The position numbers and the translations under genes are program-made. The notes under the pieces are model-generated. The model was given only the letters and a program-made list of their open reading frames with translations. It did no database searches and was not told the origin of the DNA. From the IMG/VR virus record IMGVR_UViG_2509601026_000001: a DNA stretch of 64,000 nt; one strand, given 5' to 3'. Source of the DNA: a virus. The first letter of the stretch is position 1. The number at the start of each line of letters is the position of its first letter. Shown piece after piece: positions 1 through 7,612 of the stretch.

Positions 1-124
1 CAGAGCCAAGGTATGAAAGAAGCTCTTTACCATCCATGGGTTTATTTTCTTGTGCTCTTATGAAATGCTCGTTTGTGTCGTTATTGATAGTAGTGACAAC
101 AATGTGATCGTATTTCTGAATCAT
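1..124 (-). CDS. hypothetical protein, runs off window edge
   Basis: ATG at 124; frame open to position 1 (MIQKYDHIVVTT...); preceded by hairpin at 130-153. Confidence 0.5.
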   Translation of the reverse strand, partial: MIQKYDHIVVTTINNDTNEHFIRAQENKPMDGKELLSYLGS

Positions 125-214
125 GATGGTGCAAGCCCCCCTGTGGGGGCACGATACTACAGTGAAAGTTAATCTAGGCTGCGCTTACGCCATACCTGGA
201 AAACTCCAGATACC

Positions 215-829
215 TCAGTTGTCATGAGAGCGGCTTTTGGGTGGCTCAGTAAGGGCACGTTCTACAGGCCAGCCAGACCGATAGATCCGATTGTGAATCG
301 TCCTCTCGTTTATTTTTGTGATACTGGCCCACTCTGCAATACATTTTGTTTGGCCTTGGTAGGTAATCATTCGGTTGCGTCGGGTATTCCTGCCCTGTTC
401 AATGGGTGTAGCCCATCTACAGTTTCCTTTGGAATAGCCAAGATCGTTATTCTTCCTATCTAAGGTGTGCTTGTCAGTTGGAGGATCACCCATGTCCTGG
501 TAGAATCCCTCAAAGGTTTTCCACTTATTACAGACGGTAATGCCTCGACCTCCATAGTTTGAGTATTTTTTGGCTTTAGGATTGGTGCATCGCTGGATCA
601 TGGTGTACCAGATGCAGTAAACCCTGGTGTAACACTTTCCATGTGTAGTGTGAGCGCAATCACTACATTGGCTGGTTTCCCCAGAAAGAAGGCGCGACTC
701 TCGAACTGGTTTTATAATTTCACATTTGCACTTACAAAGTCGATACCAATGCTTGCCTTTCTTAAATCTAGGGCCAACAACTTCCCAGCGTCCAAATTCG
801 TCGCCAAGATTAATTTCAGTTTGTGCCAT
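215..829 (-). CDS. HNH homing endonuclease
   Basis: YGGRGITVC..W..FEGFYQDMG...TLDRKNND.GY..GNCRWAT..EQ.RN, typical phage HNH signature. Confidence 0.85.
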   Translation of the reverse strand: MAQTEINLGDEFGRWEVVGPRFKKGKHWYRLCKCKCEIIKPVRESRLLSGETSQCSDCAHTTHGKCYTRVYCIWYTMIQRCTNPKAKKYSNYGGRGITVCNKWKTFEGFYQDMGDPPTDKHTLDRKNNDLGYSKGNCRWATPIEQGRNTRRNRMITYQGQTKCIAEWASITKINERTIHNRIYRSGWPVERALTEPPKSRSHDN

Positions 830-841
830 AAAGTCTTCCTC

Positions 842-3046
842 CTAGGCGTTAACTGATTTTTGGAATACTTGGAAAATGCCACTAACAGAGGTTCCCTCGG
901 CCCAACCGTGCTCTACCTCCTCATGGGTGCAAAGCTCCATGTCCATCGTGAGCAGGCTTACTCCCTTGAGAGAGAAGATCGCCAGCTGCCCACCGGGGAC
1001 CAGAAATTGAACTGACTTCTCAGCGTGAACTTGGGCCTGGTTGTTGTTCTTCCCGAATGGCGGGTTGCTCACGATCAGGTCATAGGTGCCCAGGTCGTCG
1101 GGGGTGAGGTAGAGAAAGTTAGCCTTCATTACCTCAAAGCCCTTGAGCCGTAGAATCTCGGCCTGGGTGTCGGCAACCTCAACGCACATCAGGTAAGCTG
1201 GATCGCCATCCTGAATCACCTCGGCCAGCCGCCCGGTTCCGGCCTGGGGTTCGAGCACACGCTTACCCTCGAAGCTCAAGCCCTCAAGGTATTCTTGGGC
1301 AATGTGCTCTTTGGTTGGGTAAAAGTCGGTCCACTTGCGATTAGCGCCGACCAGGCTCAGCTCTAACCGGGTGGCCGGGTCAAGCTCGGGCTTGGCGGCA
1401 AGTACCTCCAGAAACTCACGGCAGGCCTGCTTGAGTTCGTAGACGGTGCCAATCTCCATGCGCTCAAGGCGCTTGATCGGCAGCATGGCATCATGGATCG
1501 ACTCCCAGGCCCACCGGGCAGAATGGTTGCGCCGCTTCCACTCGGGGCAGGCCGCAAACTTCTCCAGGGCATCCCAGTCCTTACCCTTGTTCTGGAAGAT
1601 CAGATAGGGAGACTTGGTGTAGTTGTACTGCTTGTGCAGCCGTTCGTAGGCGCGATGGAAACCGGCCTGTCTGGTCAGGTTGTTGTAGAGGTTGTTCAGC
1701 CAGTCCCGGCTGATAGACGGGTAGGGAAACTGGACGTACTCTACATCAGCCTCGCAAAAAGGCTGGGCCACTGCGTCGGCATGGGACCGACTCTCGGCCT
1801 GTGCCCGCCGCCACCGGGCATCACGGAACAGGGCAAAGAGTTGGTGAACCTCAGAGCCAAACCGTACCCGGTCAAGCCACTGTAGGCCACCCTGGGCTAG
1901 TCGGTCGCAGATGGCCTCCAGCGTGTCGGCAATCTGGATCTGATAGTGGCGATCGCTCAGGCACGATTCATAGATGCGGGCGCGGCGGGCCGTGTTAACC
2001 AGGTGGTCCTGGTCGATCCAGTCCTGGGCACCAGAACGGATCGACTCGGCCAGGGCTTGTAGGTGGTGGATGGCATTGAGCTGGCGTTTCTCGGCAAACT
2101 GCTCGGCAGTCTCCTCCCCGTTGCCTTGGTCAATCTCAATGAACTCCTTGGCCTTGGCCTCGTCGTAAAAGACAAAGCCTTTGCTCCACCGGGAGTAATA
2201 CCCGTCGTGAGCCTTGGCACGGGCCTTGAGCTGCTTGAAAGCATCTGGCTCAACCCGATCGTCCAATCGAGCAACCCAAATATCTCGCAGCTCTTTGGTG
2301 TGCCACTCCTTATCGATCGTCCACTGTTTGCCTTCTAAGGCATCAGTGCCAATCTCCAGGCGCGAGGCACGTTCACTGATCCGCTGGGATCGGGTGCGCT
2401 CAGCTACCAGTCTCTCAAGAGTTTCTTGCTGGTCAGCAGACAAGCCTTTGACCCGACGAAGCTCTAAGTAGTCGTCAATGGTCTGAGGGTCGTTGAGACG
2501 GGCAGTATAGGCCTTCAGCTCGGCTATGTGGTCAGCCTTGCGTTGCTCATAGGCAGCGGCTAGGCCGGTCAGGTGGTCCTGGGTCCACCTATAGGCCTGT
2601 CTCTGCTCAGCCACAATTTCATGACGGGGGCCAACCCCTGAAAATGTGATGAACTGATTAGAACCATCAGATGGAATAAACTTTATGGCCAGGTTGCCAA
2701 GGGCAGTTTTGACAAAGTAGACTTTCTTTTCCCCAGACCTAGGGAAAAGGTGAAAGGTTTTGCAAATCTTCTTGACGGTCCAGGCGCGACCCATAAGCTC
2801 AGCTTTAAGGGTTTCATAGTTCTCGTAGAACCATTCCCACCATTCAGGAATTTCAGATAGCTCTACATTCCCACGACGAAGCTGAGTGACAAATTCGATC
2901 AGAGAAGACAGATCTTTTTGCTCAATAGTAGAATCCAATTTAAGTTGCTGCATGGTATTATCAATAGAGATAAAGCGTGTTGGCATGTATGTGTCAAACG
3001 GGGCTGGCAACGTAACGATTGCCAGCCTTTTTTTTGGTCTATTCAC
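842..3046 (-). CDS. large protein with C-terminal N6-adenine DNA methyltransferase domain
   Basis: motif I VLEPQAGTG and motif IV NPPF in the last ~170 aa; ~560 aa helical N-terminal region unassigned. Confidence 0.75.
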   Translation of the reverse strand: MNRPKKRLAIVTLPAPFDTYMPTRFISIDNTMQQLKLDSTIEQKDLSSLIEFVTQLRRGNVELSEIPEWWEWFYENYETLKAELMGRAWTVKKICKTFHLFPRSGEKKVYFVKTALGNLAIKFIPSDGSNQFITFSGVGPRHEIVAEQRQAYRWTQDHLTGLAAAYEQRKADHIAELKAYTARLNDPQTIDDYLELRRVKGLSADQQETLERLVAERTRSQRISERASRLEIGTDALEGKQWTIDKEWHTKELRDIWVARLDDRVEPDAFKQLKARAKAHDGYYSRWSKGFVFYDEAKAKEFIEIDQGNGEETAEQFAEKRQLNAIHHLQALAESIRSGAQDWIDQDHLVNTARRARIYESCLSDRHYQIQIADTLEAICDRLAQGGLQWLDRVRFGSEVHQLFALFRDARWRRAQAESRSHADAVAQPFCEADVEYVQFPYPSISRDWLNNLYNNLTRQAGFHRAYERLHKQYNYTKSPYLIFQNKGKDWDALEKFAACPEWKRRNHSARWAWESIHDAMLPIKRLERMEIGTVYELKQACREFLEVLAAKPELDPATRLELSLVGANRKWTDFYPTKEHIAQEYLEGLSFEGKRVLEPQAGTGRLAEVIQDGDPAYLMCVEVADTQAEILRLKGFEVMKANFLYLTPDDLGTYDLIVSNPPFGKNNNQAQVHAEKSVQFLVPGGQLAIFSLKGVSLLTMDMELCTHEEVEHGWAEGTSVSGIFQVFQKSVNA

Positions 3047-4211
3047 GAATCTGTATCGGCATGACCAGATAGAGAAAGTTCTGTTCAGTCAAAAACTGAA
3101 AGATGACAGGAGATGTCGCCACATTGAGCTTGATAGTCACCTTTGGCGAGTTTGAAACTTTGAGCGGTTCAATGAGATAGTTCACATTGAAGCCCATTTT
3201 CTCTATGCCAATGTGGGAGCATGGCAGCCCGGTATCGGTAGATGCGCTGGCTACTTCAGCAGCTTCAGCTTTGATGATCAAAGTTTCGCCGGAGAAGTTG
3301 AACTCAACCACATCGTTTTTATGTGCGGCAATGAGCTTGGCATACTCAAGAGCTTCCAAAAGTTTTTGTCGATCAAACTCAAGTTCATAGGCAAACTTCT
3401 TTGGAACAAGTTGGGGATAGTTAGGGTACTGCCCTTCTAGCACCCGAGACGTTAGCGTAGTTTTTAGATCTGGAAGTTTGAATGTGACGTAGGAAGAGTG
3501 CTCGGCCCATTCAATCTGGGTTGTCTCAGAACCTTGAGCAACCTGCTTGAAAGTGGTCAGGAACTTATACGGAATAGTCATCGGCCAGGTTAAATGTTCC
3601 CTGACTTCCTCATCAAAAGTGACTACAGAAAGACGATGCCCATCGGTTGCAGCCATCTCCTTGTTTAGATGAACTCCAGTCAAGACTTGTTTGGATTCAT
3701 CCCTGCTAGAAAACGGATTGACCCGATCAAGAATCGCAATAAAATCCTTGGTCGGCAAGGCGATAAATTGATCGGATTCAATAGCTGGAATATAGGGATA
3801 ATCCTCGGGGTCCAGGCCTCGGGTAGAGCCTTGCTGATTTGTACCCTTAATTGTTACCTCATGGTTTTCAACTTTGAGGGTCACAACTGAGTCCTTGAGC
3901 TGATTAAGGATATCAATCGCCAGAACAGGAATGGTAAATTTGCAAGGAGCCGTGGAGCTAATGACAGTGGTTTCGATCGCAATTGACGATATTTCGTTGC
4001 TTGCAAAAATGGAGCAACATGTATCCTCAATCGTTATGACAATTTCGTGCATTACCGGGCGGGAAGACTTCTTATCAATGAAGTGCTTGGCCCTGGTAAG
4101 AACGTCGAGAAAGTCAGCGCGAACAATTTCAATGTAGATCCCTGGATCAAGATCCAGGGATTCTGATGGAGACTCTAGAACAGCGGTCGTGGCTTTTTTA
4201 GGCATTACCAA
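3039..4211 (-). CDS. dnaN: DNA polymerase III beta sliding clamp
   Basis: 390 aa; SRDESKQVLTGVH, AATDGHRL, LEGQYPNY, GFNVNYL, YLVMPIQIR, cyanobacterial-type DnaN motifs. Confidence 0.93.
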   Translation of the reverse strand: MVMPKKATTAVLESPSESLDLDPGIYIEIVRADFLDVLTRAKHFIDKKSSRPVMHEIVITIEDTCCSIFASNEISSIAIETTVISSTAPCKFTIPVLAIDILNQLKDSVVTLKVENHEVTIKGTNQQGSTRGLDPEDYPYIPAIESDQFIALPTKDFIAILDRVNPFSSRDESKQVLTGVHLNKEMAATDGHRLSVVTFDEEVREHLTWPMTIPYKFLTTFKQVAQGSETTQIEWAEHSSYVTFKLPDLKTTLTSRVLEGQYPNYPQLVPKKFAYELEFDRQKLLEALEYAKLIAAHKNDVVEFNFSGETLIIKAEAAEVASASTDTGLPCSHIGIEKMGFNVNYLIEPLKVSNSPKVTIKLNVATSPVIFQFLTEQNFLYLVMPIQIRE

Positions 4212-4569
4212 ATAATCCTTTAGCTGATTGCAAAAATTCGATAATCGCTTTTGCTTGGGCAGGTTTAATAGAAAGTGTTTCAGAGAAAGCCTTGATTCTC
4301 TCCTTGCGTAGATCCTTTTCTACAACAGGAGTAAGTTGTAGGGTTAGCTCACTCCTGATTTGATCCTTCTTATTTTTGATGTATATTTCATGAAGCTTTT
4401 CAAGCTCAGGCAAGGATTCGGATTCCAGAAGTATATCCGTCAGGAGTAAAGGCTTTTGGTCGCAAAGTGTCAAGAATGCGTTGCGAAATGATTGTTGCTG
4501 AGAAAGTTCTTTGAGCTGGTCTAAAACTTCCCATTCACTTAAGGCAAAGCGATCGAGTTGAGTAGTCAT
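4198..4569 (-). CDS. hypothetical protein
   Basis: ORF overlapping dnaN start, operon-like packing. Confidence 0.65.
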   Translation of the reverse strand: MTTQLDRFALSEWEVLDQLKELSQQQSFRNAFLTLCDQKPLLLTDILLESESLPELEKLHEIYIKNKKDQIRSELTLQLTPVVEKDLRKERIKAFSETLSIKPAQAKAIIEFLQSAKGLFGNA

Positions 4570-4745
4570 GGCGCTAAAGTTCGAGTCACAAGAAACGCAT
4601 TGATACGATGATCTTTAGGAAAGGCTGGAAGAAAACCTTGCTTTTGATTCCATTCTTTAATGGCATCAAGATGCTCGTCAACGGCCTCTCTATCATTGCG
4701 GGCCATTGCTTCTAGCAAGTCATGAATGGTAACAAGTGGGTCCAT
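4566..4745 (-). CDS. hypothetical protein (59 aa, below ORF-track cutoff)
   Basis: MDPLVTIHDLLEAMARND...; fills the gap, its TGA overlaps the next ATG. Confidence 0.6.
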   Translation of the reverse strand: MDPLVTIHDLLEAMARNDREAVDEHLDAIKEWNQKQGFLPAFPKDHRINAFLVTRTLAP

Positions 4746-4747
4746 AG

Positions 4748-4969
4748 TTAAACTTGAAGTAATTGAATTTGGCTGAGTCGATCATTGAGCTTTGCAGAAA
4801 TGCGAGGGGCCATGTGCAGAAGATCGGGGGGCACAGGCTCACCCGAGCAGTGCAGCTCAATGGCCCGAGTAAGGGCCGCAGAGTAAGCCAACTGAAGTTG
4901 GTACATTTCGTAGTAACGCCTTGCTTCAGGATTGGCAGATAGATCGTTCAATTGGCTCAAGGCATCCAT
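4748..4969 (-). CDS. hypothetical protein
   Basis: ORF starting 30 bp after a C-GGA-G hairpin. Confidence 0.65.
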   Translation of the reverse strand: MDALSQLNDLSANPEARRYYEMYQLQLAYSAALTRAIELHCSGEPVPPDLLHMAPRISAKLNDRLSQIQLLQV

Positions 4970-4998
4970 AGATAAACTCCGTGGTAGAAGATGACAAA

Positions 4999-5017
4999 CC
5001 TGCCCCGGAGGGGCAGG
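4999..5017. repeat. C-GGA-G hairpin element (outlying copy)
   Basis: cctgcccc-gga-ggggcagg, perfect 8-bp stem. Confidence 0.85.
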
Positions 5018-5023
5018 GATGAA

Positions 5024-5641
5024 CTAATCAATTAATGCAAGCTGGCCGGGGGCTGTGGGGATGATCGACGGATTTTGCCGTTCGGGCAGGGGCGGCAACC
5101 AAGCAAGACAGACCGGCCCCTTGGGAGTCATTCGCCAGTAGTTCATGCTTTGTTCAAGGTATTCACCACCGGAGAGATGGTGCATAAGAATTGGGCAAGA
5201 ATCCCCGGTTTCGTGAAAGCTATCTCTGGCGCATTTAGCGCACCAATGCCCCTGGAAAATTTCGCCTTCAGTACCATTGGAAGGGCAATAGTCTTCGTCT
5301 TTGGAGGGGATATAGGCAAGATAGTTGATAGCTCTGGTCCTGGCTGCCGCCTCTTGTTCTTCGGTCGGCTTGATTCTGATCTGCCTACCAATGACAGTAT
5401 TAATAATTATCTGATCGGCCTCTCCAATGTACTCACCTTTGAGGTAGACAGAATTACCGATCTTTTCATAGGGCAATCCATAATCTCGCTGGTTTAATTC
5501 TCGGCATTTCTCAGAGGCGCGATCGCCATAGTTGATGCCTTTGAGTCGAACAGGGCCAATCCGCCTAGGGTTTCCCCGTTTCGTTTGCTGCTTCAAATCA
5601 CGAATATGCCAAATGTTATTGACGGTGTAAGTTTCCCACAT
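5024..5641 (-). CDS. hypothetical protein, Cys-rich C-terminus
   Basis: 205 aa; PSNGTEGEIF...WCAKC...CPIL. Confidence 0.7.
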   Translation of the reverse strand: MWETYTVNNIWHIRDLKQQTKRGNPRRIGPVRLKGINYGDRASEKCRELNQRDYGLPYEKIGNSVYLKGEYIGEADQIIINTVIGRQIRIKPTEEQEAAARTRAINYLAYIPSKDEDYCPSNGTEGEIFQGHWCAKCARDSFHETGDSCPILMHHLSGGEYLEQSMNYWRMTPKGPVCLAWLPPLPERQNPSIIPTAPGQLALID

Positions 5642-5644
5642 GGC

Positions 5645-5986
5645 TTAAATAGAAGAAGGATTTTCGGTTGTAAAAACGCAAGTTGCATTGATCTTGTGAA
5701 TTAAGTCGGCAGCTTTTTCTAGATATTGCTGTCGATCTTGAGCATCCTTAGATGCGTAGGCAGCCATAGTTAGAGCGCTTAAATATCCAAACGCTGCTGT
5801 GTAGTCAGGTTGAATAACAGAAAAGCTGGATGAATCAGGTACGACCTGGCCAGTAATGGCGGCATTCTTTCTAACTGACTGAGCACCTTGGTAATAGGAA
5901 TAGCGATCGGCTTCATTCATGGTTATCACCGGGGGTAGAGTTGTCGGGGTGGTTAAGTCGATAAGACTCTTCAGCCTCATCGACAA
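5645..5986 (-). CDS. hypothetical protein
   Basis: co-oriented ORF in tight operon. Confidence 0.6.
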   Translation of the reverse strand: MSMRLKSLIDLTTPTTLPPVITMNEADRYSYYQGAQSVRKNAAITGQVVPDSSSFSVIQPDYTAAFGYLSALTMAAYASKDAQDRQQYLEKAADLIHKINATCVFTTENPSSI

Positions 5987-6203
5987 TTTGATTGAGCAGC
6001 TGTTGGCTCAGCTCGGGCATGATGTCCTGCATCTGAACGGCATAGGCATTGAGGGCCAGCCGACTTTGGTGGCCATGCTCTGCATGTGCGTCATAGCGAA
6101 GAACAAAATATCTGGCCCGTGGGTCCAGGGGAGTTCCATCAGCTTTGCTCAGCAGGTATTTGCCGTAGAGTCCAACAAGGCTTGGTGCTTCTTCAGGCGA
6201 CAT
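5913..6203 (-). CDS. hypothetical phage protein
   Basis: YFVLRYD motif; tight packing. Confidence 0.65.
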   Translation of the reverse strand: MSPEEAPSLVGLYGKYLLSKADGTPLDPRARYFVLRYDAHAEHGHQSRLALNAYAVQMQDIMPELSQQLLNQIVDEAEESYRLNHPDNSTPGDNHE

Positions 6204-6205
6204 AG

Positions 6206-6571
6206 CTAGTCCTGCGCGTTAAAGGATTCGTTCATGGAGTAGTTGAGTTCGGATGCAATCTGGTCAGTTTGCTGGGTCAGGTCACGGGTGACAAACCCAG
6301 GCATGTTGAAAGCGGCCAGTGACGCATAGCGGGCATCCCGGTGATTAGCTGCGCGGATCATCTCATCGAGCCAGGGAGTGCCACTGGCCGGAACCCGGAG
6401 ATGAATGGCCGCATACTCCTGGGCCGTTAGGCCAGGGGCGTAATCACGCTGACCGTCGGGAACAACAAAAGCAGGATCGTGAGGCAGAGATTTAGTCATG
6501 GGTCTAGTTCTATAGAGTTGGCAAAGGTAGGCAAGGTAGGCGCGAGGTAGCGTAGCAGGGCACAGAGCCAT
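6206..6571 (-). CDS. hypothetical phage protein
   Basis: GLTAQEYAAIHLRVPASGTPWLDEMI. Confidence 0.65.
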   Translation of the reverse strand: MALCPATLPRAYLAYLCQLYRTRPMTKSLPHDPAFVVPDGQRDYAPGLTAQEYAAIHLRVPASGTPWLDEMIRAANHRDARYASLAAFNMPGFVTRDLTQQTDQIASELNYSMNESFNAQD

Positions 6572-6574
6572 GGC

Positions 6575-7084
6575 TTACGCAGTCGATAGCCGGGGAGGGA
6601 GCACCCTGGCCCAGGCCAAAACATTGACAGGCCCAGGCCGCATCTGAAAGCCCCTCTGAGGGCAGTACGTTCCCTCGACTAGGGATTCATCATGATCGGG
6701 CCAATCAACCCATAGGATGAGCCTGTCGTTTGTCCTGGGCAGCTTCTCGCTGGGGTATTCCCAGATAGCTGCAATCTGGGCCACAGGGTTCCGGGGCATG
6801 GCCGCATGGATACTGGCCCAGGCCAAAACTTCAAAGCCCCTGTAGGGGCCAAAGGAATGGGCTGGGGCAACGGGCTTATAGATCTCCCACTGGTTAATTT
6901 CGTGGTCGTAGCTAGAAACGTAAAAGCCTTTGCTGCCGTCGTCCCATCTGAGCCAGATCAGAACGTCATGGGAGTACATCGCCTGCCCCCCATAAAATGC
7001 CCTCGGCAACGGGAGGCAGTCGCTCGACTGCCAGTAGCCAGCTATCCGGCCCAAATTGTTTCTTCGAGCTTCAGCAAGTTCCAT
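6575..7084 (-). CDS. hypothetical protein with two short W...LP...VLAWA units (DUF551-like)
   Basis: VLAWA occurs twice, each after a W-x-x-x-LP segment. Confidence 0.6.
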   Translation of the reverse strand: MELAEARRNNLGRIAGYWQSSDCLPLPRAFYGGQAMYSHDVLIWLRWDDGSKGFYVSSYDHEINQWEIYKPVAPAHSFGPYRGFEVLAWASIHAAMPRNPVAQIAAIWEYPSEKLPRTNDRLILWVDWPDHDESLVEGTYCPQRGFQMRPGPVNVLAWARVLPPRLSTA

Positions 7085-7126
7085 ATTCCTAGTCTACATC
7101 TTTAGTTGTAACTGGGCTAGAGGCTG

Positions 7127-7546
7127 GTGCAACCGTTTGGGTTGCACGGCTGGGTTGCACCTAAAAGCCTTGGCCTACAAGCACTTTAGGGATTTAGCGC
7201 GAGATTTCTTGAGATTGGTGCAACCCGTGCATCTGAGCAGGGTAACACCTGAAAGGCTTGCGCTGTCTGCCTTTCAGCCATGGTGCAACCGTGCAACCAC
7301 AATTCTCTCGTTTTTAACTATTAGGGGAAACGTTAGATCTACCCGTACACCCGTACACGTACGGTGTACGGTATGTCATTGAAAAGTCCCTATATATAAT
7401 TTTGTTTTTTGGTTGCACTATATATATAGAGGGTTCAAACCTTTGCCGTACAAGGGTTTCCGGTGCAACCGATTGAAAGTTGCACAGGGTTGCACGGGTT
7501 GCACCGTTTCTGAAAGCCAGTGATATCAAGGGTTTCAGGTGCAACC
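7127..7546. promoter_or_regulatory. putative iteron replication origin
   Basis: 11 perfect GTGCAACC/GGTTGCAC octamers in both orientations plus an AT-rich core (~7380-7430), just downstream of the primase-helicase gene. Confidence 0.75.
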
Positions 7547-7563
7547 AAAGGGATTTCCGGGCC

Positions 7564-7592
7564 AAAAAAAACCGGGCTGAGTTGCCCGGTTT
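7564..7592 (-). terminator. intrinsic terminator after primase-helicase
   Basis: minus strand aaaccgggc-aactca-gcccggttt followed by T run. Confidence 0.7.
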
Positions 7593-7612
7593 GTGCAAGG
7601 GGAAGGTTGGCT

